Shown piece by piece: positions 1 to 13,027 of a stretch of 64,000 bases of DNA. Both the position numbers and the translations under genes were made by a program. Numbering within the stretch: the first letter of the stretch is position 1; each line of letters opens with the position of its first letter. Below the pieces are notes generated by a model that was not told the DNA's origin, ran no database searches, and worked only from the letters and a program-made list of their open reading frames with translations. Source of the stretch: Azolla caroliniana (Eukaryota; Plantae; Polypodiophyta). The stretch spans positions 11,532,001-11,596,000 of the forward strand of contig JBHGNT010000005.1 of NCBI GenBank assembly GCA_043228905.1, written 5' to 3'.

Positions 1-3000
1 CGCGGCACTCCCAAGGGAGAATGCGTATCCATACGTGGATCGGCGATCGGCGGCGTTGCCAGCCCAATCAGCATCGGTGTAGCCAACTAACTACGCGGCT
101 GTACCGGTCCAATGTAGCAGTCCTCGGTCCTTAGTGCCACTTACGTATCGCAGTACGCGTTGCGCACACTGAAGGTGCTCCTCGGTATGTTGCGCCATGA
201 ACTGACTGATCACCCCGACCGGATAACTAAGGTCGGGTCGGGTGATGGTCAAGTATATGAGGCTTCCGACAATTTGCCAGAACCTCGTCGGGTTGCATAC
301 CTTTCCCGTATCGGGACGAAGCTTGATGGTTCTGTCCAGAGGAGTCGAGACGGTCTTACAGTCGGCCATCCCGAATTTGAAGAGCATACTCAGCAAGCAG
401 TGACGTTGGCTAATCAATATGCCTTCGGGGGTACGCATCACTTCGATCCCGAGGAAGTAATGAAGGTCCCCCAGATCCTTCATGTCGAACGATATCGCAA
501 GCTGGAGCTTCACCCGGTCGATTTCACCTAGGTCGGCGCTAGTGATGACCAAGTCATCAACATATAGTAAAATACTAACCGGTCTGAGTCGACCTTTCCG
601 GATGACGTGGCAAAGCCCATCCGACGCAGTTGTTGTGTGATCTTCGCGTTCCAGGCACGCAAGGCTTGCTTAAGTCCGTAAAGGGACTTCTTCAGTCGGC
701 ATACTACCGAGGAGTTCCTTCCGGAGTGAAATCCGGGGCGCTGTACCATGTACACCTGTTCCTTAAGGTCACCTTGCAGGAACGCATTCTTTACATCCAT
801 CTGATGTAAGTGCCACCCCTTGGCCGCGGCTATTGCGAGCAAAACACGGACGGTCGTCATTTTCGCGACCGGCGCAAACGTCTCATCGTAGTCAATGCCA
901 TGTTTCTGCGCGTAGCCCTTTGCCACCAGCCGAGCCTTGTACCGGTTGACCGAGCCATCGGTGTTGTACTTGACATTGTACACCCACCTACACCCGATCG
1001 GTTTTACCCCTTTTGGTGCGTCAACCAGGTCCCAGGTCTCGTTTTCCGCCAATGTGTGCATCTCTTCCTCCATCGCGGCACGCCAATTCACGTCTTTAAC
1101 CACTTCTGCGTAGCACTCCGGCTCACGCACTTCCGCTACACGGGTCATGTACGCATAATGATGCGCCATGTACTCGTTGTATCCGAACCACAAAACACGA
1201 TTCTTCTGGCGGGTAGATCGGCGTAATCTCACATCAGCCGATGTCGAGGCCTTCTCGGTCGACACGGTCTTCATTTTTAAAGACCCGTCACCGGTTCCCT
1301 CGGAGTTGGTCTCGCGTCGGTCTGACTCGTTCCTATCTGTGCCGGAATCCGACACCTTCTTCTCCCTTTCTCTTTGCGCGTGAGCCGTCTCCTCGGCTTC
1401 CTGCGCGGGGAATGCACGACCGAGTCTCCACTACTCGCCGGCTCTTCATCGGACTGGTCGTACCGACTCATTCGTCCAATCGGTCCACTTAACCGGAGTG
1501 AAATCGGACTCTCTTCGCGGGTCTCGATTTCAGGCCCATCCGGAGGCATCTCGGCCTCGCTGACCTCATCGTCAGAGCTCGGATTGGAGTCGGGGTTCCG
1601 AGTCGGGGGCAGGTACTAGGATGCAGACTTGTCAAACACAACGTCGCGGCTGACACGCGCTTGTTTGGTGCGAGGGTTATAGCACTTATAACCCTTCTGC
1701 TTGTCCGAGTAACCAACCAAGATGCACTTCTTGGCCTTTGCGTCCAGCTTCCTCCTTTTCTCCTTCGGTACATGCACATACGCAATGCTACCGAACATCC
1801 TCAAGTGTCGCAAGTTCGGCTTCGTTCCGAAATATAGCTCGTGCACTGACACTTTGTCTCCGATCCGGTCTGGATGTATATCGCGGTCCTTACCGCCTCA
1901 GCCCAGTAGAACTTGGGCAAGCTCTTCTCCTCCAGAATTGCCCGTGCCGCTTCCACAATTGACCGATTCTTTCTCTCGGCCACGCCGTTCTGCTTTGGCG
2001 TGTATCTACAACTGAATTCGCGGTGAATTCCCATTTGTTGTAGGTAAACGTTGAATTGACCGGAAAAGTACTCTTTCCCGCCATCCGACCGCAGGCACTT
2101 GATCTTTCGTCCCGTTTCGGCTTCCACGAACCCTTTGAGGTCCCGGAAACAGTCGAAGACTTCGCTCTTCCTCTCAATGAGATAGATCCACGTGTGCCGC
2201 ATGTGGTCGTCGATGAAGGAGAAGAAATATCGGCTCCCGCCAAGACTAACATTTTGTGCCGGCCCCCATACATCGGAGTGTATAAGGTTGAGCTTGTTCC
2301 GGCTCCAGTTTCGCTCGTTGGGGAAGGGAAGTCGGCGGCTTCACAAACTTGTGCCTTTCGGCCACTAAATTTGGGCAATCCGAACACTACCTGTTTCGAT
2401 TGCAGATCTTGAAGCCGCTAGTAGTTGACGTGGCCTATCCGCTTGTGCCACAAGTCGATGTCCGACTCGGTCTTTTGTCCCTTCGCGAACATTGTGGTGC
2501 CGCCGTCAGTGGAGTCGAGGATGAACATCCTCCCGTCTCTGCGCCCTTGCGGAATCACACGACCTTCTTCCTCAGTGAAACACCCGAGGTGTGTAAACCG
2601 AACCTCCATCCCTTGGTCGACGATCTGTCCGACCGAGACCAAGTTTTTCGTGATTGTCGGGACCTGCAGCACGTTCTTGAGTTTCCCTTTCTACCCAACA
2701 TGGCTAAGGGGAACTTCTCCAACATTCGCGATCGGATGCGGAGTGTCGTCTCCAGCTGCGACTACTCCAGGTTGTATCGGTTTTTCAAGGTACGAGAACC
2801 ACTCCATATGGCTCGTCATGTGGTTTGACGCGCCGGAGTCTACGTACCACACCTTGTCCGATCTCGCGGTGGTCTGTTTCATTGAGTTTGCTTCGTGTCT
2901 CGTCACGAAGGCAGTCCCTTCTCCGACTCTCCCGGAGTCTTCGGCGTAGTGCGATCGCTGCCGATTTCCCTAGTCAGTATGTCTGGAGCCATTTCTCTCC

Positions 3001-3795
3001 GAATCGGCATGCTTCTTCCAGCACTCACTTTCCTTGTGGCCTTCCTTGCCACAGTACCAGCACTCCGCGATGGCCTTCCCTTGCCGGTTCTCATCGCTTC
3101 GACTCCCCCTGTTTCCGGAGGGCCCGGAGTTGCTGTCGGCATCACTTCAGTGCCTTCTTCCTTGATCACGTTGGCTGCCTTCATTGCGCACCGACTCGCC
3201 TCGTCCGCCACGACCACAGAGCCTATCTCCCTCCGTGTACAGCATTTTGCTGTCGGTGTGCGTGCTTTTCGACGCACCCGCGTGGTTCTCCTCTACCAGC
3301 CGTTCGGAACACTCCGAACTTCGACGCCAAACCTCCGAGACAGATCTGGACCATCTCGCTCTCCTCGATGTTCATCTCTATGGAGGCGAGGGAGTCGCAG
3401 ATATCCTTGATCTTCAATGTATAGTCCGCCACCGACAAGTCGCGTTGTCGTAGGTTGCTCAACTCCTGTCGGAGCTGAAGCTTCCTAGCTGTGGTGCTCG
3501 CGGCGAAAATCTTCTTCAGATTTTCCCACGCACCCTTCGGCGTCTTTGCATCCCGAACATTGCTCAGTAGCTGTTCGCCCACACACGTCGCGAAGCAGTA
3601 CAATACCCTGCTCGCCGATTGCTCCCACGACGGGAAGTCTCTGTGTGTCGATTCGGGTCCCGCGTCATTAGCTCCTTCGACATAACTCTAGTAGCCGTGC
3701 CCGAGCAGGTACTGGTGCATCTTGTAGGACCAAGATGCGTAGTTGGTTCTGTCGAGCTTCTCTGTTGGAAGCGAGCTCGCCATGCCTCTATCCAT
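1..3795 (-). pseudogene. gag-pol of Copia A, disrupted
   Basis: Split over many ORFs. Relative to copy B it has small deletions (e.g. ~53 bp at 3300 with CTG microhomology) and premature stops. Confidence 0.9.
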
Positions 3796-3855
3796 CGTTC
3801 TTCTTGTTCTTCTTCGTCAAGCTGTGTCGGCTGCAGAGAGGTTCTCAACCCTCGC

Positions 3856-3867
3856 GCTCTGATACCA
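3856..3867 (-). promoter_or_regulatory. Primer-binding site, tRNA-iMet
   Basis: TGGTATCAGAGC on the minus strand, immediately after the LTR end ...TTTTACA. Confidence 0.95.
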
Positions 3868-4249
3868 TGTAAAAAGAAACGTGCGGAAGCAGGTATGAAG
3901 ACAAAATAGAGGAAGGAAACTCAGGTTCAATGGAGAGTTTGGGCTTACACGGTATACGCAGGAGAGACAGAGAGAGAGCAGAAAACTATATTCAATAATA
4001 ATACTTAGTCTATACATAAGACGTGCTCAGTGAACAGTTTTATACAAGCCCTAGAAGGACTGACTGAAGTACTGACAGTATTTCAATGCTCATCAAGAGC
4101 TCCTACACTAATTCCCAAATATATTCCTCACGGAATATCTTTCCTAACGACCTCCCGTTTTACGCACTCTGCCTAACCGATCGGTCCCAACCGATCCGGT
4201 CCTCGGCTTCTTCAGCTGAACTGGCCGATGTTGAGCTTGTCTCTCAACA
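3868..4249 (-). repeat. 5' LTR of Copia A
   Basis: TGTTGAGAG...TTTTACA on the minus strand; homologous to 4973-5364. Confidence 0.9.
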
Positions 4250-4972
4250 TTCGGACTATTTGTGCCCCATGCTTCAATAGTCCGCTCTAAAAATCCAAGG
4301 ATTCGCCTCCAAGACTATCTCGATTTCTTTCATGATTAGCTCGCACCGTTAGGAATTGAATAGATCTCTAATTATCAAGACTCTTGATTCGCGCGAAGGT
4401 TGCTCCATTATCGAACACCTTGGTCTCCATCCGGGATGATGTGATATACGGTTGACCTAGTATGACAGGATGCGAAGCCGATTCTTGTACAAAGAAGTGT
4501 TGATCCATCTCCACATCCCCGATCGTGACTTTAACATTTGGACAAGCTCCATACAAGTCTTTTGTCGACTTTGTTGCCGCTCAAATCTTCCATCCGTGGT
4601 TTGTATTAATTTTCCATCTTCCTTTTTTGTAGAAGTCGGTCGACATGAGGTTGATCTCCGAACCATGGTCAATCAACGCTACCACAGTTTCTTTCTTCTC
4701 CCCGATCATCACTGGCATCTTCGTTGTCGCTCATGCCCAATGATGTCCAGTATAGTGGCTGTCCACCAAATCTTCATGGACTTCGTCCCTTGCCATCGTT
4801 ATGGGATTTGTTTTTGCTTTTGATGGCTTCTCTTCTTCCTCGTCCGACTGTTGCCTTTTTCTCTTCACAAGGTCCATGATCGTATCATGGAACTCCTTCT
4901 TCGTAATGCCGAGCAATTCCCTCAAGGACAAGGTCACGTGGCTATCAAGAACATGTTCCTCGAGAATCTTCT
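4250..4972 (-). mobile_element. Ty3/gypsy fragment (gag end, protease, frameshift site); same family as 37621-51454
   Basis: Translates to ...VVALIDHGSEINLMS...LYGACPNVKV...ILGQPYI...LGGESLDF*; near-identical to 40620-41215. Confidence 0.88.
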
Positions 4973-5364
4973 GGTTGAGAGACAAGCTCAACATCGGCCG
5001 GATCGGCTGAAGAAGCCGAGGACCGGATCGGTTGGGACCGATCGGTTAGGCCGAGTGCGTAAACCGGGAGGTCGTTAGGAAAGATATTCCGTGAGGAATA
5101 TATTTGGGAGTTAGTGTAGGAGCTCGTGATGAGCATTGAAGTACTGTCAGTACTTCGGTCAGTCCTTCTAGGACTTGTATAAAAGTGTTCATTGAGCACG
5201 TCTTATGTACAGACAGAGTATTATTGTTGAATATAGTTCTTGTGTTCTCTCTCACTCTCTCTGTCTCTTCCGCGTATACTGCGTAAGCTCAAGCTCTCCA
5301 TTAAACCTAAGTCTTCTTCCTTCTGTTCAGTCTTAATACCTGCTAACGCACGCTACTTTCTACA
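4973..5364 (+). repeat. 5' LTR of Copia B
   Basis: GGTTGAGAGACAAG...TTCTACA followed by the PBS; inverted homolog of 3868-4249. Confidence 0.88.
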
Positions 5365-5436
5365 TGGTATCAGAACGCGAGGGTTGAGAGCCTCTCTGCA
5401 GCCGACACAGCTTGACGAAGAAGAACAAGAAGAACG

Positions 5437-7910
5437 ATGGATAGAGGCATGGCGAGCTTGCTTCCAACAAAGAAGCTCGACCGAACCAACTACGCGTCTT
5501 GGTCCTACAAGATGCACCAGTACCTGCTCGGGCACGGCTACTGGAGTTATGTCGAAGGAGCTAATGACGCGGCACCCGAATCGACACACAGAGACTTCCC
5601 GTCGTGGGAGCAATCGGCGATCAGGGTATTGTACTGCTTCGCGTCATGTGTGGGCGAACAGCTATTGAGCTATGTTTGGGATGCAAAGACGTCGAAGGGT
5701 GCGTGGGAAAATTTGAAGAAGATTTTCGCTGCGAGCACCACAGCCAGGAAGCTTCAGCTCCGACAGGAGTTGAGCAACCTACGACAACGCGACTTATCGG
5801 TGGCGGACTATACCTCGAAGATCAAGGATATCTGCGACTCCCTCGCCTCCATAGATGTGAACATCGAGGAGAGTGAGATGGTCCAGATCTGTCTCGAAGG
5901 TTCGGCGTCGAAGTTCGTAGCATTCCGAACGGCTGTGTGTACCCGGGAGAATACACCGTCCTTCTTTGACTTACAGTCAATGCTCCTGGTAGAGGAGAAC
6001 CACGCGGGTGCGTCTACAAGCACGCACACCGACAGCAAAATGTTGTACACGGAGGGAGATAGGCCCCGTGGACGTGGAGGACGAGGCGAGTCGGCGCACA
6101 ATGGAGGCGGCCAACGAGATCAAGGAAGAAGGCACTGAAGTGATGCTGACAGCAACTCCGGACCCTCCGGAAACAGGGGGAGTTGAAGTGATGAGAACCG
6201 GCAAGGGAAGGCCATCTTGGATTGCTGGTACTGTGGCAAGAAAGGCCGCAGGGAAAGTGAGTGCTGGAAGAAGCGCGCCGATTCGGAGAGAACCGGTTCC
6301 GGAAACGGCTCCGAACATACCGACAAGGGAAATCGGCAGCGATCGCACTACGCCGAAGACTCCGGGAGAGCCGAAGAAGGATCTACCTTCGGGACGAGAC
6401 ACGAAGCAAACTCAATGAAACAGAGCACCCTGAGATCGGACAAGGTGTGGTACGTAGACTCCGGCGCGTCAAACCACATGACGAGCCATAAGGAGTGGTT
6501 CTCGTACCTGGAAAAACCGATACAACCTGGAGTAGTCGCAACAGGAGACGACACTCCGCATCCGATCGCGAATGTCGGAGAAGTTCCCCTTAGCCATGTC
6601 GGGCAGAAAGGGAAACTCATGAACGTGTTGCATGTCCCGACAATCACGAAAAACTTGGTCTCGGTCGGACAGATCGTCGACCAAGGGATGGAGGTTCCGT
6701 TTACACACCTCGGGTGCTTCATTGAGGAAGAAGGCCGTGTGATTGCGCAAGGGCGCAGAGACGGAAGGATGTTCATCCTCAACTCCACTGACGGCAGCAC
6801 CGCAATGTTTGCGAAGGGAAGAAAAACTGAGTCGGACATCGACTTGTGGCACATGCAGATAGGCCACGTCAACTACCAGCGGCTTCAAGATCTGCAATTG
6901 AAACAGGTAGTGTTCGGATTGCCCAAATTTAGTGGCCGAAAGGCACAAATTTGTGAAGCCTACCAGCTCAGGAAGCAACACCGACTTCCTTTCCCCAACG
7001 AGCAACACCGGAGCCGGAACATGCTCGACCTTATACACTCCGATGTGTGGGGGCCGGCACAAAACGTTAGTCTTGGCGGGAGCCGATATTTCGTCTCCTT
7101 CATCGACGACCACACGCGGCACACGCAGATCTATCTCATTGAGAGGAAGAGCGAAGTCTTCGACTGTTTCCGTGAACTCAAAGGGTTCGTGGAAACGGAA
7201 ACGGGACGAAAGATCAAGTGCCTGCGGTCGGATGGCGGAAAAGAGTACTTTTCCGGTCAATTCAACGGTTATCTACAACAAATGGGAATTCGGCACGAAT
7301 TCAGTTGTAGATACACGCCGGAGCAAAACGGTGTGGCCGAGAGGTAGAATCGGTCAGTTGTGGAAGCGGCACGGGCAATGTTGGAGGAGAAGAGCTTGCC
7401 CAAGTTCTACTGGGCCGAGGCGGTAAGGACCGCGGTATACATCCAGAACCGGATCGGAGACAAAGTGTCGGCGCACCAGCTATATTTCAGAATGAAGCCG
7501 AACTTGCGACACTTGAGGGTGTTCGGTAGCATTGCGTATGTGCATGTACCGAAGGAGAAAAGGAGGAAGTTCGACGCAAAGGCCAAGAAATGCATCTTGG
7601 TCAGTTACTCGGACGAGCAGAAGGGTTATAAGTGCTATAACCCTCGCACCAAACAAGCGCGTGTCAGCCGCGACGTTGTGTTTGACGAGTCCGCGTCCTG
7701 GTACCAGCCCCTGACTCCAAACCCTGACTCCAACGCGAGCTCTGACGATGAGGTCAGCGAGGCCGAGATGCCTCCGGATGAGCCCAAAATCGAGACCCGC
7801 GAAGAGAGTCCGATTTCACTCCGGTTAAGTGGACCAATTGGACGATTGAGTCGGTATGATCAGTCCGATGAAGAGCCCGCGAGTAGTGGAGACTTGGCCG
7901 TGCATTCCCC
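5437..7910 (+). pseudogene. gag-protease-integrase of Copia B
   Basis: ORFs 5437-6138, 6217-7347 and 7360 onward are in one frame with in-frame stops. Confidence 0.9.
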
Positions 7911-8432
7911 AGAGGTGAATATACCTCCAGAGCCTTCAAGCAGTACCTGTCCAACAAAAGGATCCCGCATCAAAAGACCGTTCCCTACACACCCATGCAG
8001 AATGGAGTGGCAGAACGGATCAACTGAATGATCCACGAGAGGGTGACGGCAATGCTCCAACAAGCTAGACTAAAGCTGGAGTTCTGGGCTAAGACATTGC
8101 AAACGGCAGTATACTTGGTAAATCTATCACCGTCGAAAGCAATCATGCTTGAAGTGCCACCTGCACTATGATCAGACAAACAACCGATCTACAATAGGCT
8201 CCGTATATTCGGATGCGAAGCATACGCATTCATCCCTAGGGAAAAAAGGACCAAGTTAGCACCCCATCTGACGAAGTGCATATTTCTCGGTTATGGAACC
8301 GATGGGGACTTTGGCTATAGGCTATGGGACCATGGGAACCGAAAACTGATCTGGAGCAGTGACGTAGTCTTTAATGAAGACTCTATTTTCTCTCAACAAA
8401 ACCAGCAGCAAATAATTGGTAAAAAGGTATCC

Positions 8433-8806
8433 TGTTGGCCGGTCAGAAGAGCAAGGACAAGTGGGAAGGCGGAGTCGGATCGGATAATAGGAAGTAAATA
8501 ATAGTAGAATTATTATTCGGAGGGACGGATCCCGTACAGTTGTATCGATTCGGATGTCGGTTGCCTAAGCGCACCAATTGTAACCTTGCCGGATGCCTAT
8601 AAAAGGATCCGATGAATTGTAAAGGGTTTGACGGAAGTAATACAATAGTAATTATTGCGTGTTTATCTGTATCTTCGTATTGTTTACAGTCTGTGCTTAA
8701 TTGTAATCATCTTACGCGTGTAACCTAGCATCCAATCCTTACCACCCCTTTGGAGAAGTGTCGGATAGACACCTGTGTTGAGGCTAGTCCGGCCAAGCAG
8801 ACAACA
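8433..8806 (+). repeat. 5' LTR
   Basis: TGTTGGCC...GACAACA; differs from the 3' LTR by about 4 substitutions and a 16-bp indel. Confidence 0.95.
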
Positions 8807-8812
8807 CTATTT

Positions 8813-8822
8813 TGGCGACCAC
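8813..8822 (+). promoter_or_regulatory. Putative PBS, tRNA-Arg type
   Basis: TGGCGACCAC 6 nt after the LTR; matches my recollection of the plant tRNA-Arg(UCG) 3' end over 10 nt only. Confidence 0.55.
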
Positions 8823-9121
8823 GATTCCTGCAAAGTGCAAAGGACAACCGGGGGATGGATGTCTAGACCAAACGACGACCACATCACCGAACGAGGGAGA
8901 CGATACACCGAACGCGAGCAACGACGGGAAGCCCTGCAGCAAGCCGTCGACGAGATCCGGCGGGATCGGTCATTCTCCAAAACTCTTCGGAGAGTCGCAG
9001 AAGAAGCACTGCAGTTCCGGGTTCTGCAAATCCCCGACGAAGGCAGTAGCATAACAAGCCTGCAAGAGGCGGAAACGATACTACAGACGCTCGCCGGGGG
9101 CGACGGGGACTCTGACCGACC

Positions 9122-12100
9122 GGGCTTATCCGGGATTTAGAAGTAACGATCGGAGGCCACGTATTCCGGATATCGGCCGTGGTGCTGCAGCTAAATGTAC
9201 AAGGCGCGTACCCCCTACTGCTAGGACGACCATGGCTGCGAACGGCGCATATCAAGCAGAATTGGCAGAAGAACATGATCACATTCCGGCGAGGGAAAAT
9301 AAAGGTACGAGTAACGACACAACCACGGGTGATCACCAGTAAGGAAGCAACTCCATTGTATGCGGAAAGCATTAACATGTTGGAGGGATTACTGGACGAG
9401 GAAGTCGAGCGGTACCTCGAGGAACACCCACAAATCGTCCCACTATTTGAGGTGGATATCACGGCGGCAGTAGAACCGTACATTACGACGCCGGATGAAC
9501 CGGACCAAGCGGCGATCCGGGAACTGCGACAAGCGCAAGAATCCCTAGAGATGGAAATGACGATATCCCAGAGGGTAAAAGCATCCCAACTAGAGGAGGT
9601 GGACCTCGGCACAGCAGACAAGCCCCGACCGGTAAATGTTGCAAAGGAATTGCCGAAGGAAGAAAAGAAGGCGATGGTAGCATTATTAACAGACTTCAAG
9701 GATGTGTTCGCATGGTCGTACGAAGACATGCGAGGGCTGGACCCCCAGCTCTATCAGCACCAAATTCACCTAAGTACGGACGCGAAACCGATCGCTCAAC
9801 GCAGGTACCGGATGAATCCGAATTATGCGGCGAAGGTGAAGGAGGAAATTGATAAGCTCCTCCGGGTCGGATTTATCCGACCGGTCAAGCAGGCAACCTG
9901 GCTGAGTCCGATAGTGGTGGTCCCGAAAAAGAACGGCAAAATCCGGGTATGCGTGGACTACCGAAAACTAAATGCCGCAACAGTGACCGATGCGTTTCCA
10001 CTACCATTTACGGACAGGGTGTTAGATGCGGTAGCCGGCCACGAAGTTTACAGCTTCCTGGATGGATTTAGCGGTTACAACCAAATATGAATGAACCCGG
10101 CCGACCAGGAGAAGACAGCGTTCGTGACGGAATGGGGAGTGTTCGTCGCGGTCGTGATGATGTTCGGACTAAAGACGGCTCTAGCGACCTTTCAAAGGAT
10201 AATAATGGAAATTTTCAGGGAATATATCCCCGGTTTTATGCAGGTCTTCGTTGACGATTTCGCGGTCTACAGCCGGCACGGAGAGCATCTCGATCACCTC
10301 CAGCTGTGCTTGGAGAAGTGCCGCGAGTACCGATTGAGCCTGAACCCGGCCAAGTGCGTCTTTGGAGTGGCAAGCGGCAACTTACTAGGGCACGTGGTGA
10401 GTAAGGAAGGAATTGCGGTAGATCCGGATAAAGTCAAGGCGATTCTCGAGGCACTAGCACCAAATAACGCAAAGGCTTTAAGCCGGTTCCTGGGCCAAAT
10501 AAGGTGGCATAGCCGGATGATACGGCACCTCGCCGACTTCGCTACACCATTACATACCGCCGTGCACAGGGTACACTTCCTATGGGCGGAGACGGAGGAG
10601 GAAGCCTACCAAGCGTTGAGGTTATGTTGTCGCAATCTCCGGTGGTACAACCGCCGGATTGGAGTAAAAGCTTTCACGTCTTCGTCGACGCGTCGGACGT
10701 AGCAATCGGCAGCGTTCTGATGCAACTCACGGAGCCGAAATGGTACCGACCGGTGTACTACGCAAGCCGGAAACTCTCAAAAGCCGAACAGAATTACTCT
10801 ACGACGGAACGCGAGGCATTGGGAATGGTGTATAGTGTCACAAAGTACAGGCACTATCTGCTCGGAAGGAAGTTTTCCTTCCATGACGACCATTCGGCAC
10901 TACTCTACCTGGTCTCGAAGGCATCCCTGACGGGAAAAATTGCACGATGGACACTGCTGTTACAGGAATTTGAATTCGACATTTTCCACCGACCCGGGGC
11001 GCAGCATGCGGTAGTGGACTACCTAAGCAGACTCGAATCCGGAGAAGCAGGGGACGGCGTCCAGGATGAGTTCCCCGACGCCGAGTTGTTCTGGATCATG
11101 ACGAAACCGGCAACGGATGCAACGGTAGCCGATGAAGACACGTGGCTAACTGAGATGCATCAGTTCCTGAGCACTGGAGTACCCCCGGAGAACATGGACC
11201 GCGATGAAAGGAAAAGGGTAGCAGTAAGAAGCAGACATTTCTGCTTGGTTGGAGACACCCTCTATCACAAGGGTGCAGATGGCATCTGGAGACGAGCAGT
11301 GTGGAGCGATGAGAAGGATTTAATCCTCAGGGAAGCCCACTGTGGAATTGCCGGCAGGCATTATGCCGGCGACGCAACCGCTCGGAAAATATGGCAGAGC
11401 GGACTGTGGTGGCCCACCACCCTAAAAGATGCCGTGAAGTATAGCAGAGAATGCGATTTGTGTCAACGACTGGACCAACCCACGGAGCAGGCCCGGATGC
11501 CACACCACCCGGTCTTGCCTTTGGAACCGTTTCAAAAGTGGGGGTTGGACTTTGTCGGTCCCTTCAAGCCACCGGCAATGCGAACCGGAAATCGGTATGT
11601 CATAGTGGCAACCGACTATTGCACCAAATGGGTAGAAGCAAAGGCCTTACGGGACAACACGGCCGCATCCACGGCAAAGTTTCTGTACGAGTGCATATGG
11701 TGCCGGTATGGATGCCCGATCGAGCTTATAAGTGACCAAGGAGGACATTTTCTCGGGCAGGTAGTAGAAAGCCTGACGTCATTTTACGCGGTGGTAGATA
11801 AAAGGAGTACTCCCTACTACCCTCAAGCCAATGGACTAGCGGAATCAACGAATAAAACTCTGCAGAACATCCTACGAAAAATCGTTAACGCGAACCGGAC
11901 CGACTGGGATACGAAATTGCAAAGCGCGCTATGGGCGTACCGAACAACGTACAAAACCAGCATCCGGACAACCCCGTTCCGACTAGCATTCGGTTTAGAA
12001 GCGGTCATGCTGGTAGAGTTCCAGATCCCCAGCTTACGGATTCAGGTAAAGGAGCGCTTAAGTGAGAACGAGTCCGAACGAATCCGGTTGGCGACGTTGT

Positions 12101-12555
12101 TGGAATTAGAAGAAAACCGAATAGCCAGCTTACTACAACTCGAACTGGAGCAAAGGAGGAGAAAAGCTTTCGTGGACCGACACCGGCGTGGCAACGAAAA
12201 GGAGTTCGAAGTCGGGAAACCGGTGCTACTATTCCAGACACGGATGGGGAACATGCTGGGAAAGTTGCGGTTTCGGTGGACCGGACCGTTCTGGATCACC
12301 AAGGAGTACAATGGGTCGTATCAGCTCGGCACGTTGTCTGGAGATGTCATCGGCAAGTGGGCAAATGGGTTTCGGCTAAAGCCGTATAAGGGAAATACGC
12401 CAGCCAACCCGTTCAAGCAAAACCCGGAAATCCGGCAAGATGAGGAACCGACACCGACAGACGCTGCCGAAGATATCCGGACCGAGGAAGAACCGACACC
12501 GATACTACCAAAGACTATCCCGGAAAACCGACTGAAGGATCCGGTATCAGCGTGA
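9122..12555 (+). pseudogene. pol (C-terminal half of protease, RT, RNase H, integrase)
   Basis: ORFs 9179-10090, 10091-10702 and 10582-12555; one stop (10088) and one frameshift (~10610). Confidence 0.92.
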
Positions 12556-13027
12556 ACCGACCCGAACAAATCGGGGGGGACCAGAAAATGACGTGGTCCA
12601 AACTATAAATAAATAAATAAATAAAAATAAATAAATAAATAAAATAAAAAATGACCTGGGCAAAATCGACGCGAATCATAGTAGTGATGGGGAGATCACA
12701 AGAGGTGGGAGCGCCACCATGCAACGAAGAGGCGCCATGCATTAAAGAAGGACGTGCGCGTACTTGCTATTTAAAGCATGGAACGTGGGCACTCACACGC
12801 GGCAAACAAGAAAGGACATACTAATTATGGCGGGAGAGGAACATGCGCGGGAAACGAAAAAGGGCGGCTCGAGGCAAAAGCCACTATATAAGACACAGGC
12901 CTGCGAAGGACTCACTTTTTACGAATTTTCCTACATACAGGCGCAGAAGCACAGAAGAGCGATCCGACGCACAGCGCACACACAACCCGATCCCGAACAA
13001 CAGATAGCAGAAGAAGAATTAGAAACA

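Larger units (their letters stand above)
1..4249 (-). mobile_element. Ty1/copia LTR retrotransposon (copy A), runs off the left edge of the window
   Basis: Minus-strand fragments in order gag (YCFATCVGEQLL), protease (WYVDSGASNHMT), integrase (LRSDGGKEY, QNGVAERKNR), RT ([19 protein letters not shown]), RNase H start (GYTDADWAG). 5' LTR at 3868-4249 and iMet PBS. Confidence 0.95.
4973..7910 (+). mobile_element. Ty1/copia (copy B, same family as A), 3'-truncated after integrase
   Basis: LTR 4973-5364, PBS TGGTATCAGAAC 5365-5376, gag 5437-6138, zinc knuckle CWYCGKKG, protease DSG and integrase to ~7900. Homology to A stops abruptly at 7910. Confidence 0.93.

Noticed and set aside
160-7260. Many antisense and alternate-frame ORFs over the retroelements
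   Set aside because: Shadow ORFs of GC-rich pol sequence with no independent motifs
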